DNA of 58,068 bases, filler included, from Sphacelaria rigidula (Eukaryota): assembly GCA_964200075.2 (NCBI GenBank). It is 8 parts of 8 records of this genome, joined end to end, with 100 filler letters (N's around TTAATTAATTAA, not from the genome) between each part and the next. Parts side by side here need not be neighbours in the genome. Positions count along the whole stretch, not along the records: positions 29,085 to 36,255 come from CAXNAA020016147.1; positions 36,356 to 43,526 come from CAXNAA020016148.1; positions 43,627 to 50,797 come from CAXNAA020016149.1; 5 more parts are not named here. One strand, given 5' to 3'. Under the pieces are notes generated by a model that made no database searches, was not told the DNA's origin, and worked only from the letters and a program-made list of their open reading frames with translations. Made by a program: the position numbers and the translations under genes. Below are positions 34,366-46,029 of the stretch, in pieces (the stretch's first letter is position 1; every line of letters starts with the position of its first letter).

Positions 34366-36255
34366 GGGGACGCCCCAGGTATTCTCAATCTGGGGAACTT
34401 GCTGGAGGAGGACTTAGCAGCCATCGCGGGCCGTCTCGGTAACCAACTGTGGGTAGCGGGAGAGATCTGGCACCGAAACCGGGCTCGGAAGTCGTGGCCA
34501 CTCGAGGTACTGTTGGACAACGGGGCAGGTGGGGGCAATTACATGTCTGGGTTTTTGTGGCGTTGCCTCATGAAAGCAGAAGTAATACGTTCTAAACTGG
34601 ACACGAACAATGCCGGCGCCCTTCGCGCTGCTAACCCCTCACGGAGCAAGGTACCCCCGATGTCTATAGTTGGATCAGTCGTGATACCTATCTTGTTCAC
34701 CAAGGATACTCGCGTTCGCGAAGTAACAGTCAGGGTGGTAGAGGACCTACCTTACGGGTTCATTCTGGGGGCAAAGTTTTTCAGGGCAAACCGTAGCATT
34801 CTCGAGTTCAAAGCCACAGGAGGGTTCCGCCCTACCCCATTCGCACAATGGATCCCGTTTTTGACCAATGATAGCCCTCGGCATGCTAAACCGAACATCT
34901 CGGCCCTCGAAACGCTCAACGAAGTTTGTTCGCTAGCCATGCCTCCTGCCGCGCCCGGTAAGTTCCCCAGCTACAGCGACATTGCCTGGGAAAACGACGG
35001 GACGAGGGAGTGGAACATCAAGCTGGCCGAGCATTCCGTCTCCATCGATGGATTTGTAAGCATTGCGGTGGAATCAGTCGTCATGGGACCCCAACCCCAG
35101 GATAGGCAGCTAGTGCTGATCCTGCCCTTGGCTAAGTACGACGTGGACGGTGAAGCGTTGGTAGGGGTAGCCAAAGGAGTGTTGTGGTGGGCACCAGGGT
35201 GTCCAGTTTACTGTAAGTTAGTAAATAGAGGTAAGGATAAAGCCGAAGTGAAGACGCGAGGAACAATCGCGCGCTTGATAGCCCTCAACGTGCGCGATCC
35301 TGCTCGCTTTCACTCACTTTTCGACGACACACCATCAACGGTAGACCAACCTACCATGCCCGCATCTCCCTCGTGCCCTGAGCGTAGTCAACTTCTCTCA
35401 GAACCTAGCCAGGTCCGTGTGTCAGATGCAAACATGGGACAGCTCGGGGGAGCAGAGAAGGCGGAACTGGTGCGCGTCCTGCGGGATTTCGTGGAAGCAG
35501 GATTGTTTCCCACGGATCCCAAGCGAGTGCCAGCCTGCATTAATGGTGAGCTAGAATTACCATTAATCGACGAAAGTAGCACGCCTTTCGCCGCAAAGCA
35601 ACACCGCTTCTCGCCGGAAGAACGCCGAATGATCAGGGAAGTTATCCGCCCCTCAACCTCTCCATGGGCCGCATGATGTCTTTGTGTAAAGAAAAAAGAC
35701 GGTACCTTACGCCTGTGCATCGACTGGCGTGCTCTGAACAAGCTTTTAGTGTACGATAGCGGAGGACTGGGTGACATGCAGTCTACATTTGATGGTCTCA
35801 AAGGCAAGAGATATATCACGCGACTAGATCTAGCCTCAGGATTCCACCAAATCGAGATCGCAGAAAAAGACCGCCACAAGACGGGGTTCAGAGATGCGGA
35901 CGGCCTACTCTTTGAGTTGACCAGGGCGGGTTTCGGACTGACAGTACTCCCGGCAGCATTCACTCGTCGGGTAAAATCAACAATAGGCAACCTGACCGGT
36001 GTACACAGCTGGCTAGATGACATTCTCATAGCCATCTCCACGTGGGATGAGCACTTGGCACTACTGACCATAATCTTGCAACGATTGTCGACTGCAGGAT
36101 TCTCGGTTAACTTTGCCAAGTGCAGCTTTACAGCACTGTCTCAGGAATTTCTTGGCATGTTGCTCGATAGCACAGGGATACAACCGGCCCCGTCCAAACT
36201 CACCGCAGTCGCTAAGATGCCGCGTCCACGCACTGTTGAGGAACTCCGTTCGTTT
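34366..36255 (+). pseudogene. Ty3/Gypsy pol: aspartic protease, dUTPase-like spacer, reverse transcriptase (runs off the contig)
   Basis: Protease VLLDNGAGG and FILGAKF. RT IRPSTSPWAA*CLCVKKKDGTLRLCIDWRALN, LDLASGFHQI, GFGL, WLDDILI, EFLG. In-frame TGA at 35674 and an apparent short deletion before IRPS. Confidence 0.92.
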
Positions 36256-36486
36256 NNNNNNNNNNNNNNNNNNNNNNNNNNNNNNNNNNNNNNNNNNNNT
36301 TAATTAATTAANNNNNNNNNNNNNNNNNNNNNNNNNNNNNNNNNNNNNNNNNNNNCGCACAGACCGAAAGAGAACGACTGGCCATGCACTCCCGCCCCCC
36401 CCATTCGGCACAAATCAGGTCCCCCACGTTTCGCGATCATATTTTTTCCGATCAATTGGCGTAACCCCCCCCCCCCCCTCCTTGGG

Positions 36487-37100
36487 TGCTCCGTCTCGAA
36501 AGGGATGCGTGGGCAATGGTCAAACGACTAAGGCAAGCAATAAATGAGTACGCTCCCCCTCCCGTCCGGCTAGAACCCGGCGTGCTCCGTCCCGACTTTG
36601 TAGGGGCGGACCCCCAATGGGGTTGGCGTTGGTTGGCGATGGCGCTATAAAACACGCCACTCACTGCGTAAGCGAGGCAACCAGGTTACCGACTTTTTTT
36701 TTGCGTTCACCATGATGGTGGTCAAGCTAGATTATGTTGTGCGGCGTGGGAGAATCTCAACTCCGCACAATGGGGATGATCGTACTACGTAGGGTTTGGA
36801 TGGTGAGACACCCATGAGGCCGTGTATAAGACGTGGCTGTCTCTGAAAGAGGCGATGCAAGAAAATAAGGCAACTCATTGTAGGCAGTCATCCAAATACA
36901 AGATAATCAGTAGGCTTCGGGCCTAAAAATCTATGCAGGATGCAACTCACCCTTCATGCGACTCGCCGAACACACCACGGCGCTTCGCGTTTGGTGGTTT
37001 GAGTGCGAGCCTGGTCGGGCGAAAACCCGGCGTGCTTCGTCCAAATTCTGTGGGGATGCGAGGTCAATGGTCTATGACTATGGCATGCATGATCATGAGT
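36487..37100 (-). repeat. Full-length copy of the G-run-flanked repeat family followed by its short form
   Basis: The reverse complement aligns to 7345-7910 and 12980-13336; poly-C tracts at 36465-36479 and 37101-37114. Confidence 0.8.
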
Positions 37101-37307
37101 ACCCCGCCCCCCCCTACTCCCTCCCATCCCGTCCATTGTTCGAATCAAATCACGTGATACAAATGAACCTCTCGAGCTCAGATGATACGATATACTTTTT
37201 ATTTCTCAAGGAGAGGGCGTGGACGAATGATTGGTGGATCAATATCGAATATTCGAACGTACCCGGTATACTGTGAGAGTGCTCGATCGTCGGATGTTAT
37301 TGACAGG

Positions 37308-38210
37308 TGATTGATTCATTGGTTAATTGGTTGTCGCACTTTAATTGACCCCCCCAGGGGTCCAGCCGTGGTCGCATGATGGACGTACCAATGAAGAGTA
37401 AAACTGAAACACTCGCTGAAGAAAAGAAGGAACGGAAAAAAGTCGAACATAACGACATAGTAGACTACGACGAAAAAAAAAATGGATGATAAAAAGTCAA
37501 CAAAAGCAAAGCACAGAAGAAGATGGCCGACCTAAAACAACAAAAAAAGAGCAAAACAAATATGGAATTCAAGGGAAAAAAGTAAGAGCCCAAGGGATTC
37601 AGGGCAGCAGAGTAGATACAGACATACACCAGTAGGCACCGCAGAACCACCGACGAAGGACATAACCAACGACCGGTATGAGCAGACAGGCTTCTTCGAT
37701 TGGTGACCCTTGACGCAGCAGCCTCTTGCTTGTGACGGCGGTCTGATTCTCGTTTGTCCGCGCGTCGCCACGTGTCCTCAAAATCTTCAGTTACTTTTTC
37801 GACTCCAATATACCATTTGTCCATGTTCTTCGCCGCAGTGACCCGATCGTATGCATCGTTGACCTCTACTCCTAGTAGACGAACCACTTCCGTCGGGCTC
37901 CTTGGTGTGGGACAGCCCCTAGCGCACGTATGTTCTCGTGTAGGGTATGCTCCCATTGCTTGGGGGGGCGACCGGCATCCTTGGGTCCTCGTGTGGGACG
38001 CCGACCATTCATGACGCGCTCAGGAAAGCGTGTGTCCTTCTTCCGGACAAGGGCTCCCGCGAAGCAGAGTTGACGTTTGCGGATAGTCGTCTCAATACGT
38101 TCGCAGTTGGTCATCTCGAGCACCGCTCTGTACGAAAAAGTCTTGTAGCCATTTCGATCTTTCCTGCGGAATCCAACCACCAAGTGATGAAGAAGAATCC
38201 GCGGAAGGAG
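37308..38210 (-). mobile_element. 5'-truncated non-LTR retrotransposon (RTE-like LINE) 3' end with frameshifted ORF2 tail and 3' UTR
   Basis: VVGFRRKDRNGYKTFSYRAVLEMTNCERIETTIRKRQLCFAGALVRKKDTRFPERVMNG...GRPPKQWE is the post-RT region typical of RTE LINEs. It is followed by a T-rich UTR and an (AATC)-type tail at about 37308-37330. Confidence 0.8.
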
Positions 38211-39001
38211 ATGTTGGGTTATTCCCTCGTCTTGATATACGGCAATTTTTCACGCACGGGACAGTATATGGTCAATAGATGCAATAGACAGAAATATAAT
38301 GGGTAAAGTATAGGCCTATTGCAACTAGTCGACAATAGTTGCAATGGGCCTACACTATATCCGGTACATTTTTTGCCTATTGCGTCGATTGACCATATAT
38401 TGTCATTATCCAGGGTGTACCATTTTTCAACCATTACCGTGTGTAAAAGGAGTACGGTTACCTCAGTCTTCCATGCATCGTTTTTTTCCCTTCATTTTTG
38501 GCAAACACATCAAAACTGGAACGCAAAACTTTGCGTAAAGTCATGCTTGCGCTACGCCCCTCCCCCATCCCTACACACATGAAAATACACAAGCAACCGC
38601 TGAGCCCCGAATCCCTTTGATGTGCGAAACCTTGCGTATCGTTGTCGTCGTTTTGGGCGTTTGATATTAATTGCCTACGAGCTGGGCCAGCTGACAGCGA
38701 TTCTTGGATGTTTTCGCGTGCGGCGGTGCTGAATTCCAGGAGTTGGGCGCTGAAATTTTGACCTTTTCTTTTTACATCAACACGCGCAACATATCTCGGG
38801 ATGCCAAGAAAAAAACAAAAAAACGTTTGAGCGATTTGAAACTTCAGGAAAACTGGAAAACGTGTTGGAACTTTGTGAAAAACATGAAAAAACGGGGGCA
38901 TCCCCAGAAATGTTGTACGTACTCGCGTGGAGGAGACCCTGGTAGAAATTCGGCCAAAAAGTCCCAAAATTGGGCCCAGCTTGGCACATTTTGTGTGATA
39001 C

Positions 39002-39080
39002 AGCTGCGCCCCTTTAGTGCAAGTGATGCAGGGGACTCCAGTTATTGAGGTCACGAGTTCGAATCCCGACATTTCATGTT
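39002..39080 (+). mobile_element. Degenerate tRNA-like SINE head
   Basis: B box GAGTTCGAATCC and a weak A box TAGTGCAAGTG; no cloverleaf. Confidence 0.4.
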
Positions 39081-39633
39081 TTTTGCGTTCCGTCGTGAAG
39101 GTCATATGTGATGCAGTGGATTTCCCCCGCCATTTCTTTCTTTCCTTTATAGCAGCAAAGCGTGCATGACCAGGTCGATCTGCAGTTCACGGTGATGTGC
39201 CTAAATCGGGCTGATTTGGGAAACTCGAGAGGTTGTTGTGTGATGTGCGTTTGTAGATTTCACGGATTGCCCCGCCCGTACGCATCATCGAAGGAAAGGA
39301 ACTCAACACCGTCGAGTTTAATGTCGTCTTGAAAATACAGCAACGCAACATGTCGCCACGTAGCACACCAAATACAATGTACACAGTCGGCTTTTGACGC
39401 GGAGAATCTGACTCCTCAGCCTAGTGCATGCTGTTATGTCGAGTGAATTGCCCTTTGTCGTTTGCAAGTACTCCAATTATTCGGTGGTATTCGGTGGGGT
39501 GAATCGCTCACTTACATTAGGATTTGTCTCCAAGTGGCTGTGTTCTAACAACTAAATTGTTTTTGTTGATGCTGCAGTTATTTCTGTCGTCGTACATCAA
39601 TGTTGTCTTCGTCTGTTCACGGTTTTGTTCCAG

Positions 39634-39753
39634 GTCAAGAGAGAGCAGAAGAAAAACGTCAAGATGGCGTTCACCTCGGAGGCCAGGGTGGTTGCGCATG
39701 CCTTGGCCAATCCTGAGGCGCCTCAGAACCGCAGCGTCTTCAACTATTCGTAG
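39634..39753 (+). CDS. LTV1: Terminal exon, probably of 40S ribosome biogenesis factor LTV1 (not in the ORF track)
   Basis: TTTTGTTCCAG| acceptor, then 39 codons VKREQKKNVKMAFTSEARVVAHALANPEAPQNRSVFNYS and TAG. It resembles the LTV1 C-terminal motif R.EKK..K.AF..E (recognised from memory, not searched). Confidence 0.6.
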   Translation, partial: VKREQKKNVKMAFTSEARVVAHALANPEAPQNRSVFNYS

Positions 39754-40876
39754 AATCAGTGTTATTATAGTAGTATTCTCATAAAGTATTTTCCTTTGCA
39801 CATTTTCGTCTTTTATTTTGCTTGTGTGGTGAGATTTGTTGTCCTCCACCCTCCCCGTTTTTTTCTTCTTTTCTTTCTGTAGTGTGGTTAAGGATGTACA
39901 TTGTTGCGTTGGTTTTGTATCGCTTTTGCGTTCCATATTTCTCAACTGAATACAGTACGTGGGTGTGTTACCTTGATTGTGTCCTCTGGAGTATGTCAGC
40001 TGGTGTTAGCTTAGTTTAAGGGAACGGGATGACGAGAAACATACCTGCAAACTTCGACGGCGGTTGTGTCGTTATTATGGAAAAGTGAACGGTTTTTTGC
40101 ACAAGGAAAAAATGGTCCCAGCGGACCGTTGACTGGTGGGCGCCTTCATCTTTTCTTGTATTCTAGGATCTCTTTTCTTGCCATCTGTTCTCTTCTTTTC
40201 GAACTCTTGGAGACCCTTCCGAGAGTCTCGAGAAGAGCCATCACCCAGGCGGACGGGAGCATACGCAGGACCATGGCCGTTTGTAGCGACCCTAACCGGT
40301 GTGGGTGGAACCGTGATTGGGATGCACACAATACTAGTGTACTCCCCCGCCGTTCGAGGTGTTGCCCGCAATGTAACGAATGCACGCAAACCCGAAATAT
40401 TGTCGGATCTCCGAACCCCTGCAGAGGTGAGGGAATGTTGGCGGGATTCATGACGCAATTATTTGCACCAAAACAGGTCTTGTTACGGCAGTATATACTA
40501 CTTGATATTTTAACCAAAAATGATTCTTGCTCCAAAACAAAAGAAGCAAGAAAAGGTTCAATAACCAAGCCAACCGGACACTTACGATGAGTGGGTACAT
40601 CCTGCAAAATTCGCGTCCCAAGGTTTTGTGCATGTGTATGTGTACACGTTTGAAACATAAGTTGAACAGCAGTTTGCTGTCGGGCACGGCCTTTTTAATC
40701 CTTTTCGCCGACTCGCCGACCTGTCAGTATTCTTCCGGGGTGGTGACGCGATTCCTTTGAGGCAATTACAGCCCATTTGGTTTCGTTTTTTGTCCCTTTC
40801 TTATGCCGTACTGTGAGGAGTGTGGAGACCCAGCTAAACCCGGCCTTCGTTGTTGTTCCGCCTTTTGAGCACTTAA

Positions 40877-41137
40877 CCCTTAGACCACAAGGTTAGTCTT
40901 TTGTTGAACCGGCATCACTTTCAAGTGAACAAAAGTATGCATGATCCAGAAAGACTGCTCTCGCGGTCTAAGGGTTGACCCTTTTGGGACCGGACTCCCA
41001 GAAACATGTGGTTTACACCCAAGTGCTTTTCCGTGAACCGACGTCATTTTTACTTGAAAACGAATGAAAATGACGCCGATTCACAACAGGCCCCCGCGTG
41101 CAAACCAGATGTTTCTGGGAATCCGGTCCCAAAAGGG
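40877..41137. mobile_element. Two abutting piggyBac-type MITEs (40877-40974 and 40979-41137)
   Basis: TTAA|CCCTTAGACC...GGTCTAAGGG|TTGA|CCCTTTTGGGACCGGA...TCCGGTCCCAAAAGGG|TTAA. Confidence 0.85.
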
Positions 41138-41603
41138 TTAAGCTAACATTGCCCAAGCTTATTCTCTCGAGCTGTGTCCACGCATTAAAGTAGATATTTA
41201 TTACAAGTAGTTATTTCCATTCACTCTTTTCTTTGCAGAGACCAAATATGCAGTGCCCTGGGCTTTAGACGGGTTTTCTGTTTTCAATCCCGCCTGCTGG
41301 TGTTTGCTGTGCCCCTGCCGAGACTGTCGTGCACGGAAAGTACCCAGTGTTTTTTTTCATGCACACCTTTCAAATCTTTTAGTTTCCACTCGTCATCCTG
41401 ACCCTCTACAAAACAAATACGCTCGAAAGACGAGCACGTTGGCTATTATGGCCATGCCACAAAATTTTCCTGTAATGCCACACAGAAAGCAACACGTCCG
41501 TTGACAGAAACCGACCGCTGGTATTGGGCGGACAGTGCCCGAAAATTGAAGGCACTGTTTCAGGGACAGGTATCAAAAGATTCACTACAGTGCTTGAGGT
41601 ATA

Positions 41604-41886
41604 ATGCATGAGAGGACCGCGTGCTTAACACTTAGACCGCGACACTAGTCTTCCTGGATCATGCATACTTTTTTTTACTTGAAATTGATGCCGATTCAAC
41701 AGAAGACTAACCTCGCGGTCCAAGGGTTGAAGTACCGCATCGGAATTTGAACATCCCTATGCTTAGGGTTAGGGTTAGTGTTGGGGTTATGGTCAGGGGC
41801 GTGGTACCTGCAGGGACTGGCCCAATTGGTTTCGAAAAACGTCGATTCTGAGGTCTTTTGAACTATGGCGCGGTCCTCTCACGCAC
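41604..41886. mobile_element. Telomeric-repeat-bearing MITE, copy 1, interrupted by a piggyBac-type MITE (41629-41726)
   Basis: TIR ATGCATGAGAGGACCGCG / CGCGGTCCTCTCACGCAC with TA flanks and internal TTAGGG repeats at about 41763-41790. The nested element is an inverted copy of 40877-40974 flanked by TTAA/TTGA. Confidence 0.85.
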
Positions 41887-43453
41887 TACAGAGGGCTGAG
41901 TTGTTGGCTTGAGAAGAGCCTTCACTAGAGAATAGTACGTGAAGAAGCTTTCCGACTAGAAACATGTACCGCGCGGGGAAATGACTTTCTAGTCAAGACC
42001 TTCTGAGTCCAGAGCGAACATCATACTATGCTGTATGTGCATTCAAGGCCACTGTAACGGACGGATGGGGTTCACGCCCCGTTCGATTTGCGCGCTGTGG
42101 GCGAGGTAGGCCGGGTAGCTCTAGGTCAGAAACTATTGTGACCGAAAAATATGGAGGAAGAAGTGCGCACCAAATAAATACTCCTAGAATGAAGGGTATC
42201 ATACAACGGAAGGATGGAGGACAGGAAAAAAGAAGAGCGACCTTCCCGCTTCACACACTATGGAATAACTTTTCTTATTAACCCGTACAAAATGGCCCTA
42301 ACGGTTTGTATTGTTCTTCCGTGTTGTTTACACTACATCCCCCTCCCCAACGTGTTTCAGGGGCAGGTGAATCCCAGATAGATTTTGCGCCTGTACTCCA
42401 CTATTGTAGGGTGGAGAGCGGAGGAAAACAGCTCGGCTAACGTGATGGTCTTCTGTGGTTATTCTAGTCGATCCGCAGCGAGCGTGCGTTTAAATAGCCG
42501 AAATCCACCGATGCAGAGACATATTATTACTCTAGGCACACACACATACATATATATATATATATACTGTTCGTAGTGTATGGGACCCACGAAATGATGG
42601 TGAAACAGAAGATGTATGCTGTTTTGCTGCGATCCTCAAGGTCTTCCAGTACGAGTTTCGAAATTTCGAAATTTCGAAAGTTCGTAGTTTCAGAGTTTTG
42701 GAGATTCGAAATTTCGCAGTGCATGTGATTTCGACAGAAGCGACCGTCCTCGGTATTCAGAAGAAAACACCGGTCAGAACATGCACCACCCAGCAAATTC
42801 GAATCTACATAATATGCCTCGATAGCTTGCAGCATCGCGGCATGACCATTCATCGTGCGGCGACAGGGATTCGCGATCCCAAATATTGCTCTCCCCGGAA
42901 CACAACACAAACAATCGAGTTTTTGATGATTTCACCTCGTCGTTTTTTTGGGAAAGCCTTGCTGCCGAACTCCTCCACGGGAGCTGGTGCTAGTTTCGGG
43001 TGAACATTCTCGGTTGGTTACGGTCAGAACGGACTGTGGTCGACAGCTCTGCAGTAGTTTATCTATTATATAGCGCACCGAAAGAAAGGGGTACAACGAC
43101 GCCACTGATAGCGCGGTCTGCAAGGTGCATCACACGCAGATTTTCAACCACTTAATCATGGTGAGCCGCAGTGCGGGGGGACGCTGCAGTGCAAACGGGG
43201 TGCCGCAATACACGGCAGGCGACAGCAGCGTCCCCTTCCGTAAACGAGCTCGCTATCTGCGCCCGATGACGACTAGGCTGTTGCCCACCTCTTGATATAT
43301 TGGTACTCCGCTGGATGTAGGTGACTCCAACGTGACGTCCCTCGTCGGTCGATTGCTGTGAGTAATTCCGGCGCTGTACGTGCTGTAATTGTACAAATAC
43401 GATATCACCAGACGTGCGCGTAACGGAGGTGAGTTACACGCATGCTACTACTA

Positions 43454-43526
43454 GCCGGTCGCCCCGGTGGCTCAGTTGGTAACCTCGTAACCTTCTGATG
43501 GTTGAGTTGGGGGGTTCAATTCCCGG
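43454..43526 (+). mobile_element. tRNA(Gln-CTG)-like SINE head, truncated at the contig end
   Basis: A box TGGCTCAGTTGG, loop TTCTGAT, B box GGTTCAATTCC; paralogous to 18596-18670. Confidence 0.65.
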
Positions 43527-44936
43527 NNNNNNNNNNNNNNNNNNNNNNNNNNNNNNNNNNNNNNNNNNNNTTAATTAATTAANNNNNNNNNNNNNNNNNN
43601 NNNNNNNNNNNNNNNNNNNNNNNNNNTGGCAATCTCTTTCTCTGCATGTTCTTTACGCTATACTGCCATCGCAATTTCCTAACATGAGGAGGGGGGGGAA
43701 GGGGAGAGGGAGTGGGGTAGAGGAAGCACGAACTCAATTTAGGCCCTTTGATCACGAGGCCACGTCTGAGCACACCAGTTTTTTTCCCGATAAGTCCCAC
43801 TCTGTTGCTTGTTCTTTGCACCCTTGCCCGACGATCGCAGTAGGGTAGACTGCGATTGTCTCTTGGGCGATGTTTATTCGGTGCAGTTATCTTGGCCACC
43901 GAGAATGGGCAGATGGCGATGACAAGGCAAATACAGGTTATTTCTTCGGGTGTGCTCAAATAGCACACTGGTTGCTCGGGAGGTGGTAAACTACGGGTTC
44001 ACCGCGACCATAATCGCCATAACCCAATTTCTGCAGAAACATACGTATTCTTGCGTTTTATTGGTACAAAATGATTCCGCTCGCCTTCATCATTCTCTCT
44101 AGATAGCGAGAGCAAGCAGTGCGTTGGTTGTTGTTGCAATAAAATCACTAAATAATAATTGCAACAAATTGTGAACCTACAAAACAGACAGTAGTCGCTG
44201 CCAAGTCATTCTAAAGGGGTTCTGTGGTCAAAGGCTTACGAGACACATACTATACGAGTAGAGGGAGCTGAGTTCGAAGGCCACATGGCTGTAATCTAGG
44301 ATCTTCGCGCTATTCGGGTATCCAAGAGTCATCCACACATCATCCGAGAAGCTCCACAACACTCACTCACTTGAGGGTAGTCTCCTTGTCTTTGACTATG
44401 CCGAGATCGACCGGAGTACCTCCCATAGCAGCGACGGCTGCCAAAAGAGTCGACCTACACCATTGGGGGAACGGGCGGGGAGGGCGCGGCGGGATGGAGT
44501 AAGGTATACTCTTCGATGTCATCTACTGTAGACACGTGAGAGGGGACTCGCGTAGTTTCCGTCTGCTTAGGGGGGATTTGCTGGTTAATTTGATTGATTG
44601 ATCGTCGCATGTCTGGAAAGGCGAGCCTATGTCTGTGACCACGGGTTCGAGAAATCGGGCCAATGTGCGGAAATAGTGTTAAAAATAACAATGATGTCAA
44701 CTGGCCTGTTACGAATCCAGCCGTGATCGCAAGATAGACGTACCCAAGGCAAACAATCGGGAAAAAGTGATGACGGAAACTCGAGAAAACGAGGCGAAAG
44801 GGAAACAAATTAGGGAGGGGAAGTAGGAAGAGGAGGAGGAGGAGCAGAAAACAGAGAATACTGACGTGGACGTCAGGACGGGGACACATACCGGTTACGA
44901 CAGAACCTCCCGACAGACCCCTGCCAGGGTTCCACT

Positions 44937-45067
44937 TACATACATACATACATGAATGCACACAAACAAACATACATGCATACAAACATGCATACAAACA
45001 TGCATGCATACATACATACTTGCATACATACGTACATACGCACATACACAAATTTATACATACATAC
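44937..45067. repeat. Imperfect (CATA)n microsatellite
   Basis: Direct inspection. Confidence 0.9.
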
Positions 45068-45347
45068 GAGGCCGTACAAAAACCAGAGCATCGGCAGCAG
45101 ATTTGCTACTCAGCTATCTCGAGACCGCGCGCAGCAATGTCAGGAAGCGAGACAAAAACACTATCAACGCCGAAGATACATAAACAAAACCAAAGGAGGA
45201 AGACGAATACCGTACGACACGGAAGAGAAAGGACGGGAAATTAAGGGAGAGCAAGCAAAAACATGAAATGTGTACGTATGGCATGGTCAACAGGAAAATG
45301 AGCTATGTAGAGGTACAAGCCAAGGAGAGAAGGCAACGACCAACTTC

Positions 45348-45596
45348 GACGGGACAGGACAGGACAGGACAGGACAGGACAGGACGGGACAGGACAGGAC
45401 AGGACAGGACAGGACAGGACAGGACAGGACAGGACAGGACAGGACAGGACAGGACAGGACAGGACAGGACAGGACAGGACAGGACAGGACAGGACAGGAC
45501 AGGACAGGATAGGACAGGACAGGACAGGACAGGACGGGACAGGACGGGACAGGACAGGACAGGACAGGACAGGACAGGACGGGACAGGACAGGACA
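45348..45596. repeat. (GACAG)n pentanucleotide microsatellite, ~50 units
   Basis: Direct inspection; occasional GACGG/GATAG variants. Confidence 0.98.
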
Positions 45597-46029
45597 TAAA
45601 TATCAGTTCCCGTCTTCCCCATCTCCAGTGAGAGACTAGGCCGGACACGCTCTCAGTCATTTCCGTCTTGAATTCCTCGAAGGCTGATGTTAACGTTGCT
45701 GCGCCTAGGGTGGGGCCTCTAGACGAAGCAGCCTTTTGATAATCACGTGGTCGGATCGGAAGAGAGGTCTTCGCGTTGCCATGCCTCCTCGAACTCCTCC
45801 GTCCCCTTTCTCGACCCCAAGCGCTATCTGCCCACGTTCTCAGCGGCAACGTCCCAACCTAACGAGCCTCCCACATCAACGTCATGAACAGCCCACTTCC
45901 TTCGTTCTCCTTTGCGTGAAATGTTCCGTAGAGCACGCACACTCTTCTGGGGGCGGTAATCCTCGTGTTTCGGGGTAGTACTCTGATAAAGTAAGCAAGG
46001 TTTCACACGTCGGACAGATCAGCCCCCTA

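Noticed and set aside
40066-40860. Cluster of overlapping 100-170-aa ORFs
   Set aside because: No recognisable domain or splice structure on either strand; a gene call cannot be supported.
45241-45849. ORFs with GQDRT / CPVLS repeats
   Set aside because: These are translations of a stop-free (GACAG)n microsatellite.
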